From NCBI GenBank assembly GCA_017984135.1, contig JAGNZZ010000010.1, forward strand, positions 10,604 through 74,603: DNA of 64,000 nt. Direction: 5' to 3'. This DNA is from Chitinophagales bacterium (GTDB lineage: Bacteria > Bacteroidota > Bacteroidia > Chitinophagales > JADIYW01). A program made the translations under genes and the position numbers. Shown one piece after another: positions 8,535 to 17,688 of this stretch. The notes under the pieces were generated by a model. The model saw only the letters and a program-made list of their open reading frames with translations, was not told where the DNA came from and did no database searches. How positions within the stretch are numbered: the stretch's first letter is position 1; each line of letters starts with the position of its first letter.

Positions 8535-11500
8535 ATGACTAAAAAATGTAATAAATACACCATTTTATTTTCAATTATATTATGCTTCAATTACACACAA
8601 GCATTTTCTCAAGTACAATGGGCAACTCAATTAATTGACTTTTCATCTGAATATAAAGATGATTTAATTAGAGAAAATTCCACTCGTTGGAGCGCATCTC
8701 AAGTGCTAGGCTTTCCCAATTGTTTGAAGTATGGTTCTTCACAATTAGCTTGGACACCCAAACATCAAAATAATTCTAAAGAATTTATTACGGTCGCTTT
8801 TCAGACACCACAAACGGTACAGCAAGTTATCGTAGGTGAGAACTTTAATGCTGGAGCCATAACCGAAATTATTTTATATGATAATAAAGGTAAAAAATAT
8901 ACTGTTTTTGAAAGTTTAAATCCACGACCAACGTATAAAATGGGCGATGTATTGACCTATTTTAAAATTAAACCAACCTATAATGTCGTTAAATTAAAAT
9001 TAGTTCTAAGCACAAATGCTACAATTGCTCGTGAAGAAATTGATTGCATAGGTATATCTTCCAATACGTTGCCTTATGTTCAAAATATTAATGTTCTGAA
9101 ATATAGTGAAGCAGTAGGAATTCCCGAAAACTTAGGCCCAAACGTTAATTCATCTAACTATGATCATTTACCGCTAATTTCTCCAGATGGTAGCAAATTA
9201 TATTTCACTCGAAAACTTTCTGATGAGAATAATTTATCTGCATTTGATGATGATATTTATTATTCAGAAATTATGCCTTCAGGCAACTTCTCCAAAGCCA
9301 TAAATATAGGCTCGCCACTGAATACCACGGAACATAACTTTGCCTGCTATATCAGTGCAGATAACAATCGATTGTATGTCGCCAATAAATATGTAAAAAA
9401 CACGTACAATTTTACTGGATTATCGGTTTCTACAAAACAAAAAGACAATACTTGGAGTAAACCAAAACCATTGTCAATTCCTGAATTGCAGAATAAGAAT
9501 GAATTTGCACATTATTATTTAAACCTTGCAGAAAATGTAGTTTTAATGTCTATTCAAGATAATAATTCATTAGGTGATTTGGATTTGTATGTTTCTCAAA
9601 AATATAGCGATGGAAATTGGACAAAACCTAAAAATTTAGGCCATATTATCAATACAGTTGGAGCCGAAGGAAGTGTATTTTTGGCAGCTGATGGCCGAAC
9701 ACTCTACTTTTCGTCAACAGGCCATCCAGGTTTTGGAAGTTATGATATGTATATGTCTAAACGATTGGATGATACATGGACGAACTGGTCGAAACCACTC
9801 AACTTAGGTGATAAAATAAATACAGATGAAATGGATATTTATTACACGATTCCAGCTTCCGGTGATTATGCCTATTTTTCCAGCGGAAGAACTATGTATG
9901 GAATGAATGATTTATATCGTATTCGATTACCCAAAGAAATTCGTCCCGATTTTATAGATTCCAAAAATTTAATTTCAATAGCCAATACTTCGCCACTAAA
10001 AAAAACAGAAACTACAGTTGCTACAAAAGTTACCACGAACACCACACCACCAACTAAGAATGCCACCGCTACTTCCTCACTTAAAACAACGCTTCCACAA
10101 AATTCTCAAACGGATGAATTGCAGAAAAAATTAGACGCTTTAAAACAGCAACAAGCACAAGTGAAACCTAGTACGAATGAGCCTAAGGCTACAACGGTTA
10201 ATACAACTACTGCTGCCAACACCACACCAACTGTTGTTACGAAGCGTGAAGTGATAAATTATATAGAACCACCTAAAGCACCTGAAAAAAAACCAAATGT
10301 CTTAACACAGGAAGAATTAGTCGCTCGAGAACAACAAAAATCAAATCCATCGATTAATCCCAATTCGGATAGGTTAAATTCCTTAACTAAAAATCCGATG
10401 AAAGAAACGATTAATCAAGATGTAAGTGTGCCATCAGAAAATATGATTACACCAGTCAATAATTATAAAATTAGTGAAGTTGAACCTGTAATTTCAACTC
10501 CAAATTCAGTATCAAATACATCGCCAACTTTAGCAACAAATACAGTTCCAAAAGATGAACTGCAAATGAAAATAAATGAACTTAAAAATCAGCAATCACA
10601 AGCACGTTTAAATCAACCAACTTCAACAACAACGTCTAATACAATTCCTAAAACCATTGAAGAACAATATCCTAATCCTGCGCCGATACAATCTACCTAT
10701 AATGCCAATACCGACCAACTGCAACAGAAATTAGAAGCCTTGAAACAACAACAATATCAAACCGCTCAAAGCACAAAAATGTATTCGAATCCGTATGAGC
10801 CAAAACCGTATGATGCACAACCATTAAAAGAACGTGAAGAAGATAAAACAGCTCAATCCTACGATGAATATCAGCAAAAATTAAATCAACTTAAACAACA
10901 ACAAAAAAATACAACAATTACTTCGCCTTCTAAATCTGAAATAGCTACAATACCTGTAAATACAACTGTTCCAAAGCAAGATATAAAAACAGTTACGACA
11001 GTTCCTGAAGTAAAACAACCACAAAAAACGGATAAAATAATTTCATCTTACGAAGAGAAATTACGTAAGTTGAAAGAAGAGTTGTCAATCCTAAATCAAC
11101 CAATAGCTACAGATAACAAACTTCCAATAATAGCAGAAAAAAGTAAGGAAATAGTGCCTGAAAAATCGAATCCAAAAATGGAAACTATTGTGGTAAATGA
11201 TGAAGAAACTAAAATTGCACCAATTCAAGAACCATCAAAAATTGAACCATCGAAAACAACTGAATTGCCATCAAAAACGGCTACTTTAGAAATTGAACAA
11301 GCCAAATTAGATTCCATAAAACAGGCTCAACAAATTGCTGAAAAAAATCTAACTACAAAATTAGATAAAATGGAAGCAGGCAAACAATCATTGGAAAATG
11401 ATATATCAGAATTAAAAGAACAACGCACTAAGTTTAATGAAGAAAATGAAAAATTGTCCTCTCAGAATACTCAATTAGTCAGCGAAAAAGAAAAATTAGA

Positions 11501-12080
11501 ATTGGAGAAAAAAAGAATGGATGATTTGCTAGCAAAAATGCAAGAAGAACGGGATAAACTTGCTGCTGAAAAACAAAAAATAGAACAAGAAAAAACTAAA
11601 CTAGATTTAGTGAAAAAGCAACAAGAAAAAGAATTTTTTGCCATGAAAAATGCCATTGATTCTATAGCTAAAGTTCAACAAAATGCTGCTAAAAATTTAG
11701 AATTGCAACAGAAATACGATTTATTTAACGTGCCAATGGAAGTAGGTGCCGTTGCCATTGCCGATAGGATTTTCTTTGTTGCGGATGGCGCTTACTTAAC
11801 CATTCCATCGTATCCAGAAATTGATAAAGTAGCTGAGTTTTTAAAGAAAAATATAAATATAAAAGTAGAAATTGGTGGCCATACCAACGGACTTTGCGAT
11901 GATGCTTTTTGCAATAAATTATCCAAAGATCGAGCTAAAACATGTGTTGATTATTTGGTTTCGAAAGGAATTGATAAAAATAGATTGTCATATAAAGGTT
12001 ATGGAAAGCAACATTTGATTTCGGCACCTGGTTCACCACTCAATCAACGAGTGGAAATTAAAATATTAAGTGTTCAGTAA
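8535..12080 (+). CDS. Giant OmpA-family protein: signal peptide, N-terminal beta-rich domain, PD40/TolB-like repeats, about 600 aa of low-complexity and coiled-coil sequence, and a C-terminal OmpA domain
   Basis: PD40-like repeats are present: ISPDGSKLYFTR, ISADNNRLYVAN, LAADGRTLYFSS, ASGDYAYFSS. The C-terminal OmpA-like motif is GHTNGLCDDAFCNKLSKDRAKTCVDYLVSKGIDKNRLSYKGYGKQ...NQRVEIKIL. Confidence 0.85.
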   Translation: MTKKCNKYTILFSIILCFNYTQAFSQVQWATQLIDFSSEYKDDLIRENSTRWSASQVLGFPNCLKYGSSQLAWTPKHQNNSKEFITVAFQTPQTVQQVIVGENFNAGAITEIILYDNKGKKYTVFESLNPRPTYKMGDVLTYFKIKPTYNVVKLKLVLSTNATIAREEIDCIGISSNTLPYVQNINVLKYSEAVGIPENLGPNVNSSNYDHLPLISPDGSKLYFTRKLSDENNLSAFDDDIYYSEIMPSGNFSKAINIGSPLNTTEHNFACYISADNNRLYVANKYVKNTYNFTGLSVSTKQKDNTWSKPKPLSIPELQNKNEFAHYYLNLAENVVLMSIQDNNSLGDLDLYVSQKYSDGNWTKPKNLGHIINTVGAEGSVFLAADGRTLYFSSTGHPGFGSYDMYMSKRLDDTWTNWSKPLNLGDKINTDEMDIYYTIPASGDYAYFSSGRTMYGMNDLYRIRLPKEIRPDFIDSKNLISIANTSPLKKTETTVATKVTTNTTPPTKNATATSSLKTTLPQNSQTDELQKKLDALKQQQAQVKPSTNEPKATTVNTTTAANTTPTVVTKREVINYIEPPKAPEKKPNVLTQEELVAREQQKSNPSINPNSDRLNSLTKNPMKETINQDVSVPSENMITPVNNYKISEVEPVISTPNSVSNTSPTLATNTVPKDELQMKINELKNQQSQARLNQPTSTTTSNTIPKTIEEQYPNPAPIQSTYNANTDQLQQKLEALKQQQYQTAQSTKMYSNPYEPKPYDAQPLKEREEDKTAQSYDEYQQKLNQLKQQQKNTTITSPSKSEIATIPVNTTVPKQDIKTVTTVPEVKQPQKTDKIISSYEEKLRKLKEELSILNQPIATDNKLPIIAEKSKEIVPEKSNPKMETIVVNDEETKIAPIQEPSKIEPSKTTELPSKTATLEIEQAKLDSIKQAQQIAEKNLTTKLDKMEAGKQSLENDISELKEQRTKFNEENEKLSSQNTQLVSEKEKLELEKKRMDDLLAKMQEERDKLAAEKQKIEQEKTKLDLVKKQQEKEFFAMKNAIDSIAKVQQNAAKNLELQQKYDLFNVPMEVGAVAIADRIFFVADGAYLTIPSYPEIDKVAEFLKKNINIKVEIGGHTNGLCDDAFCNKLSKDRAKTCVDYLVSKGIDKNRLSYKGYGKQHLISAPGSPLNQRVEIKILSVQ
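10113..11084 (+). repeat. Five dispersed in-frame copies of a (D/E)xLQxKLxxLKQQQ module inside the OmpA-family gene
   Basis: DELQKKLDALKQQQA (10113), DELQMKINELKNQQS (10554), DQLQQKLEALKQQQY (10713), DEYQQKLNQLKQQQK (10863) and YEEKLRKLKEEL (11049). Thr/Pro/Asn-rich spacers separate the copies. Confidence 0.7.
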
Positions 12081-12119
12081 GCCATATCGAATCTAATTTT
12101 CGTTTAGTATATTTGTGCT

Positions 12120-13067
12120 ATGGCATTAGATAAATATGAGCATTTGGTGAATCAGTTTCCTGCTGTAACTGCTGAAGAGTGGAAGTCTAAAATCAGTAAA
12201 GATTTAAAAGGAGAGCCGTTTGATAAACTGATTTGGCATACTCAAGAAAATATTGAAGTATTGCCTTTTTATACCAACGAAGATATTCAAAAATATCAAC
12301 TACACATTCCGCAAAAATCAACTTCCACTTGGCAAATTGTAGAACGTGTAGAAGTGATATCAATAGAAGAAGCCAATAAAATAGCATTACACGCTTTAGA
12401 AAACGGAGCAACATCTATCTTATTTAATTTGAAATGTATTCCCATTTCAGATACCCAAATTCAAACGTTAATTCAACAAATTTTATTGGATATTGCGCCG
12501 GTTTATTTTGAAAATTTTGTACCTGAAAATAAAACTATTTTAGAAAAATTTGTTCCTAATAGTGGTATATATCGAGCCTCCATTCCTGAACAACATACAA
12601 TTACAGAAGAACTAGTAAGGGCATTGCAAAAAGGAATAGAACATTCAGCAACACATTTTCATTTTTATATTCGTCAAAATTATTTCTTTGAAATTGCTAA
12701 ACTTCGCGCATTTCGTTGGTTGTGGAATCAAATATGTGCTTTAAAAGGATTGGATAATTCTATACAAATCACCGCAGAAACCAGCATAACCAATTTTTCT
12801 AAAGAAGATGAAAATTACAATATCTTACGAAACACTACTGCAGCTATGAGTGCCATTATTGGTGGTTGTGATAATTTAATCATCAATCCACACGATATAC
12901 AAAATTCGTCATCAGGCTTTGGTAAACGCATCGCCAGAAATATTCAACACATCTTGCAACATGAATCGTATTTTTCCGAATTACAAGATGCTGCAAAAGG
13001 TACATATTATATTGAATATCTAACATACATGCTTAGTAAAAATGCTTGGGAAAAATTCAATGCATAA
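12120..13067 (+). CDS. Methylmalonyl-CoA mutase small-subunit-like protein (short form without a B12-binding domain)
   Basis: The N-terminus (EEWKSKISKDLKGEPFDKLIWHTQENIEVLPFYTNEDI) and C-terminus (GTYYIEYLTYML) resemble the MutA/MutB barrel domain. It is only 315 aa and has no adjacent large subunit. Confidence 0.55.
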   Translation: MALDKYEHLVNQFPAVTAEEWKSKISKDLKGEPFDKLIWHTQENIEVLPFYTNEDIQKYQLHIPQKSTSTWQIVERVEVISIEEANKIALHALENGATSILFNLKCIPISDTQIQTLIQQILLDIAPVYFENFVPENKTILEKFVPNSGIYRASIPEQHTITEELVRALQKGIEHSATHFHFYIRQNYFFEIAKLRAFRWLWNQICALKGLDNSIQITAETSITNFSKEDENYNILRNTTAAMSAIIGGCDNLIINPHDIQNSSSGFGKRIARNIQHILQHESYFSELQDAAKGTYYIEYLTYMLSKNAWEKFNA

Positions 13068-13145
13068 ACTTTCTTTCATTTATTATCCTTGATTTAGTCT
13101 TATTTTACTTCGTAAATTGTACATTGTTTGCTATATTTATTTATT

Positions 13146-14741
13146 ATGGCAAATCAAACATTTGACTACGATTATGTAATTATTGGAAGTGGCTTCGGTG
13201 GCTCTGTTTCTGCCTTGCGACTTTCTGAAAAAGGCTATAAAGTATTAGTCATTGAAAAAGGAAAATGGTTTAAAAAACAAGAAGATTTTCCTACTACGAA
13301 TTGGAATTTACGCAAATGGATGTGGATGCCTAAATTAGGTATGCAAGGTTTATTTAAGCTCACATTTTACCGACATGTGGCCATTGTAAGCGGTGTTGGT
13401 GTTGGAGGTGGTTCCTTGGTATATGCTAATACATTGCCAATTCCTAAAACAGAATTTTACAATTCAGGTCATTGGAACGGATTAGATAATTGGGAAGATG
13501 TGTTGAAACCATTTTATGCCACTGCGTTAAAAATGCTAGGTGCAGCAAAGCATCCTTATATGAGTAAAAGCGATAAGGTAATGCAGGAATTAGCAGTAAA
13601 CATGGGACGACCGGAAGCTTTTGAAAAAACAGATGTGGCTGTCTATTTTGGTAAAATTGGCGAAACAGTACCAGATCCATATTTTGATGGAAAAGGACCT
13701 GATAGAACCGGCTGCAATTTGTGTGGTGGTTGTATGTTGGGTTGTCGTTATAATGCGAAAAATACATTGGATAAAAATTATTTGCATTTAGCTCAACAAT
13801 TAGGTACAGCAATCATTGCCGAAAAATTAGTGTACGATGTGGTTCCAATTAATAGCCAAGATGGCAGCAATGGTTATGAAATTAAATATCAAGATTCTTT
13901 ATCTTATTTTCCAAACAAAGGCAGTGTAACGGCTAAATCCGTTATTTTTTCTGGTGGTGTTTTAGGTACAATTGATTTGTTGTTAAAATTAAAAGATAAA
14001 TCATTGCCTAATTTATCCAATACATTAGGCACTGGGGTTCGTACAAATTCAGAAAGTTTAATTGGTGTAACTACCTTTAGAAAAGACATCTCTTTTTCAG
14101 AAGGGATTGCCATTGGATCTATCGTAAACATTGATGAAAGCCGACATTTAGAACCGGTTAAATACTCAGAAGGAGCAGGCTTTTGGCGCATTTTTATGGC
14201 ACCTATGGTACATGGAAATACATTCTTTTCTCGCTTGTATAGAATGATAAAAGATTTTGTAGTTCGCCCACTTGCCAACCTAAAAGTAATTTTTGTTGAC
14301 GATTGGAGTAAGCGTACGCAAATACTATTATACATGGAAAGTATAGATTCCAGTTTGAGCTTTAAACGCAATAGTTTAGGTGGCATGAAAACTACGTTAG
14401 ATTCCGGACCTGCGCCAACTGCCTTTAACCCAAAAGCACAAGAAATTGCTCATGATGTTGAAAAAATAATTGATGGCAAAGCCATGGTAATTAATAGCGA
14501 AACATTATTTGGTATCCCAACAACTGCACATATTTTAGGAGGTGCATGTATGGGTAAAGATGTCAATTCGGGTGTAATTGATAAAGATAATTTTGTGTTT
14601 AATTATAAAAATATGATGGTGTGTGATGGTAGTATGATTTCGGCAAATCCTGGCGTAAATCCAAGCTTAAGTATTACAGCCATTACCGAACGTGCCATGA
14701 GTAAAATCCCAAATAAAACAGAAAATACAGAATATAATTAA
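13146..14741 (+). CDS. GMC-family FAD-dependent oxidoreductase (cholesterol-oxidase-like)
   Basis: FAD fold motif DYVIIGSGFGGS, a CNLCGGCMLGCRYNAKNTLDKNYL segment, and a C-terminal GMC motif (HILGGACMG). The ATG at 13146 is preferred over the TTG at 13128. Confidence 0.8.
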   Translation: MANQTFDYDYVIIGSGFGGSVSALRLSEKGYKVLVIEKGKWFKKQEDFPTTNWNLRKWMWMPKLGMQGLFKLTFYRHVAIVSGVGVGGGSLVYANTLPIPKTEFYNSGHWNGLDNWEDVLKPFYATALKMLGAAKHPYMSKSDKVMQELAVNMGRPEAFEKTDVAVYFGKIGETVPDPYFDGKGPDRTGCNLCGGCMLGCRYNAKNTLDKNYLHLAQQLGTAIIAEKLVYDVVPINSQDGSNGYEIKYQDSLSYFPNKGSVTAKSVIFSGGVLGTIDLLLKLKDKSLPNLSNTLGTGVRTNSESLIGVTTFRKDISFSEGIAIGSIVNIDESRHLEPVKYSEGAGFWRIFMAPMVHGNTFFSRLYRMIKDFVVRPLANLKVIFVDDWSKRTQILLYMESIDSSLSFKRNSLGGMKTTLDSGPAPTAFNPKAQEIAHDVEKIIDGKAMVINSETLFGIPTTAHILGGACMGKDVNSGVIDKDNFVFNYKNMMVCDGSMISANPGVNPSLSITAITERAMSKIPNKTENTEYN

Positions 14742-14802
14742 ACGAATTTAAACGTGTATGTGTCATTCGTTTCTGACGCAGAAGAAATAATCCTAAAACA
14801 AG

Positions 14803-14846
14803 ATACCGATACATTACAACAGCGTACGTTTGTAATGTATCCGTAT
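14803..14846. terminator. Long hairpin between the convergent GMC oxidoreductase and rlpA genes
   Basis: ataccgatacattacaa (14803-14819) pairs with ttgtaatgtatccgtat (14830-14846). The stem is 17 bp with one mismatch and a 10-nt loop. The U-tract is weak on both strands. Confidence 0.4.
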
Positions 14847-14902
14847 AAAAAATGGTTGGTGTAATTTTAAATTAAATATGGTAGAGAATATTAACGTTGA
14901 AC

Positions 14903-15751
14903 TTATTCATATTTTACTACAAATGCATCGGCATATTTATCAGCAAGAACAGATTTTAAAGCATCGGCATAAGCTCTGTTTTGGAATTTTCCCATAAACA
15001 ATTTATAAACGATTTTTCCGCTTAAGTTTTCTTGTTCCACCAACATGCTTTGTTTATATTTTATTTCTAAATCAGCAATTATTGCCAATAAAACATTCAT
15101 GTCAGAAAATACACCTAATTGCAATCCAAAAAATCCAGATTTTGATTTATCTAATTTGGTGATTATATAATAAGAAGAGCGATTGGTGGTTGCATTAGAA
15201 TTGGCATCTTTGACTTCCGTTAATGGCATTTGAGGTGGTACACTTTTAGGCATATTTGTTGTTTGTTCCACATTTTCAGCGGTTGTATTTTCTGAATCAG
15301 CATGCATTACGGAAACAGTAGTCGTTGAGTCATACGTTTGAATGCCATTTTCTTTGGCTATATCCATAGTCGCTTCTAAGAGATCTTCTGGCGTTTTATC
15401 TTCCTCAATAATTTCGACTTTTACTTTAGTCGTACCTTTATTTTTGTAACCTAATAAATCAGCAGCCTTTGTCGATAAATCAATAATTCTACCTTTTATA
15501 TATGGACCTCTATCGTTTATTTTAACAAAAACAGATTTTTTGTTTTGTTCATTAGTTACTTTCACAATAGTTCCCAGTGGTAATGTTTTGTGTGCGGCCG
15601 TTAAAGCAAATTGATTGTATTTTTCACCACTAGCAGTTGGTCTGCCATGAAAGTATGTTCCATAGTAGGATGCTACACCATATTCTGTTTGTGCAGATAA
15701 TGTGAGCAAAAAAGAGAACATCAATAAAAAAGTGTTTACTACATTTTTCAT
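14903..15751 (-). CDS. rlpA: Septal ring lytic transglycosylase RlpA-family protein with a C-terminal SPOR domain
   Basis: Signal peptide, a DPBB motif (GVASYYGTYFHGRPTASGEKY...KINDRGPY), and a SPOR-like C-terminus. Confidence 0.85.
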   Translation of the reverse strand: MKNVVNTFLLMFSFLLTLSAQTEYGVASYYGTYFHGRPTASGEKYNQFALTAAHKTLPLGTIVKVTNEQNKKSVFVKINDRGPYIKGRIIDLSTKAADLLGYKNKGTTKVKVEIIEEDKTPEDLLEATMDIAKENGIQTYDSTTTVSVMHADSENTTAENVEQTTNMPKSVPPQMPLTEVKDANSNATTNRSSYYIITKLDKSKSGFFGLQLGVFSDMNVLLAIIADLEIKYKQSMLVEQENLSGKIVYKLFMGKFQNRAYADALKSVLADKYADAFVVKYE

Positions 15752-15817
15752 GGCAAATTTTGTTTTGGTTAAAAATTATTTTGCCTAAAAAGCTGTTGCA
15801 AAGATACTGCCACTTTT

Positions 15818-16465
15818 TTACGGTTTTGTTAACTGCTCAGAGAGTTGTATTAAAGGTTCAGTTAAAATAGCGTGTCCACCTTTGTAAAAAATATGTGAAA
15901 ATATTAAGCCAGTGTTATCTAAAGTTTTTAAAACGTTTTCGTACATTTCTTTACTAATGAATTCATCATCGTCGCCTACCAATAAATAAGGAGATAATTG
16001 GTTTAGCCATTTGATGTCGGTCAAACATTCGGATGGTAAACTTCCGCCCCAAAATACTATATGATTCAGCTTGTTTGGTGCATGCTTTGCCCAACGTGCA
16101 ATTGTTGAAACGCCTTGTGAAAAGCCCAAACCTACTATTTTTGCAGTTGTTTGTGAAATAAATGTTTCGTAAACATTATCTAGGTATTTAATATAGTCTT
16201 CAATCTCATTTTCTCTGTCTTCAGAGGTCATCCAATTTGCACCAATTCTACCTTTCATATCCTTCAAATAAAATCGATTTAAGCCTTCTGGGACAATTAT
16301 AAAATGTTCCTCAGGCGATAATACTTCAAATTTTTTAATGAAATATTCAGCTAAGAAACCATATCCATGAGCTACTAACCAAATTAATTTTGTTTTGGAT
16401 GTCAATGTACCGTATGTAAATACACGTGCCGTTTTCTGAGTAGTTATAGAATGAGAATGCGTCAT
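15818..16465 (-). CDS. Alpha/beta hydrolase (phospholipase/carboxylesterase family)
   Basis: Nucleophile elbow GFSQG and an overall esterase pattern. I placed the start at the MTHSHS ATG (16463-16465). This avoids an overlap with the divergent gene at 16525. Confidence 0.7.
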   Translation of the reverse strand: MTHSHSITTQKTARVFTYGTLTSKTKLIWLVAHGYGFLAEYFIKKFEVLSPEEHFIIVPEGLNRFYLKDMKGRIGANWMTSEDRENEIEDYIKYLDNVYETFISQTTAKIVGLGFSQGVSTIARWAKHAPNKLNHIVFWGGSLPSECLTDIKWLNQLSPYLLVGDDDEFISKEMYENVLKTLDNTGLIFSHIFYKGGHAILTEPLIQLSEQLTKP

Positions 16466-16524
16466 AAAAAAAATATTGCTCAAATTAATTAAAATGTAGT
16501 AATTTTTCAGATTCATATTTTTAA

Positions 16525-16908
16525 ATGAAAGACTATAAAAAATATTACATAATAAATGCAACACCAGATTTATTATATCTCGCATTAACCAATCCTACAA
16601 TTATAAAATTATGGAGTGGTGATGAGGCAGAAATGGCTGCAACAGTAAATTCAGAATTTTCTCTTTGGCAAGGAAATATTTGTGGAAAAAATTTAGAATT
16701 TATTGAGAATAAAAAAATTGTACAAGAATGGTATTTTGGTGAACAAGAACAAACTTCCATCGTTACAATTTTATTGCATGAACATCCTAAAGGAACATCT
16801 GTAGAACTTAGACATACAAACATACCAGATGAAGATTATGATGACATTATTGAAGGCTGGAATAATGAATATTTTGGAGCCATTCAAGATTTTTATGAAG
16901 AAGGATGA
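16525..16908 (+). CDS. SRPBCC/AHSA1 (START-like) domain protein
   Basis: 127 aa with an Aha1-like pattern (LYLALTNPTIIKLWSG...EFSLWQGNICGKNLE...). Confidence 0.6.
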   Translation: MKDYKKYYIINATPDLLYLALTNPTIIKLWSGDEAEMAATVNSEFSLWQGNICGKNLEFIENKKIVQEWYFGEQEQTSIVTILLHEHPKGTSVELRHTNIPDEDYDDIIEGWNNEYFGAIQDFYEEG

Positions 16909-17678
16909 AAATTAAATGCATGGAATATAAAGACATTCTCTTTGAACAACTCGGAGAAATTGGGATAGTAACACTCAATCGCCCGCAATCCTTAAATGCC
17001 TTAACACCATTAATGGTACATGAATTAAAACAAGTGTTTTATCAACTTTCAAAAGATTCATCAATAAAAGTTGTCATTTTAAAAGGTTCAGGTCGTGCAT
17101 TTTCGGCTGGAGTCGATTTAAATGCCATGAATGAAAGTTTAATTGGTGGACAATTCACTCAAAATCAAATTATTTTAGATGGCAATGAATTGGCTTTAAT
17201 AATTAGAAAAATGCCACAAGTGGCTATGGTAGAAATACATGGACATTGTTATACAGGTGCCACAGAAATTATGATGTTTTTCGATTTAATTGTTGCGGCT
17301 GATGATGCAAAAATTGGAGATACACATGCTAAATGGGGAATTATGCCAACTTGGGGTATGACACAACGATTGCCTCGTTTAGTTGGATTAAATAAAGCCA
17401 AAGAATTATCGTTTACCTGCCAACCCATTAGTGGAAAAGAAGCAGAACGAATTGGCTTAGTAAACCGTGCTGTTCCGTTGGAGGATTTAAGTAAAGTAAG
17501 CTTGGAAATGGCAAATGCTATTTTACAAAATTCAGCTCAAACCATTGCTGCGCTCAAACAATTATACAATGATGGTATGCATACTACTCTGGAAGAAGGA
17601 TTGAAAATAGAAACCCATTTTAAAACTGAAATTACGGATAGAACAGAATTTTTAAAAGGGTTTAAGAATAACAAATAA
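16905..17678 (+). CDS. Enoyl-CoA hydratase/isomerase (crotonase) family protein
   Basis: Crotonase motifs LKGSGRAFSAGVDL and GHCYTGATEIMMFFD. There is an ATGA overlap with the upstream gene. An alternative start is the ATG at 16920. Confidence 0.85.
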   Translation: MKIKCMEYKDILFEQLGEIGIVTLNRPQSLNALTPLMVHELKQVFYQLSKDSSIKVVILKGSGRAFSAGVDLNAMNESLIGGQFTQNQIILDGNELALIIRKMPQVAMVEIHGHCYTGATEIMMFFDLIVAADDAKIGDTHAKWGIMPTWGMTQRLPRLVGLNKAKELSFTCQPISGKEAERIGLVNRAVPLEDLSKVSLEMANAILQNSAQTIAALKQLYNDGMHTTLEEGLKIETHFKTEITDRTEFLKGFKNNK

Positions 17679-17688
17679 AAATAGAATG

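Noticed and set aside
9950-11300. Repetitive DNA in the OmpA gene as a possible CRISPR or satellite array
   Set aside because: The repeats are in-frame, protein-level, degenerate at the DNA level and irregularly spaced. One continuous ORF spans them.
13904-14386. 160-aa ORF antisense to the GMC oxidoreductase
   Set aside because: It lies entirely inside a well-supported gene on the opposite strand and resembles no known family. It is most likely a chance open frame.
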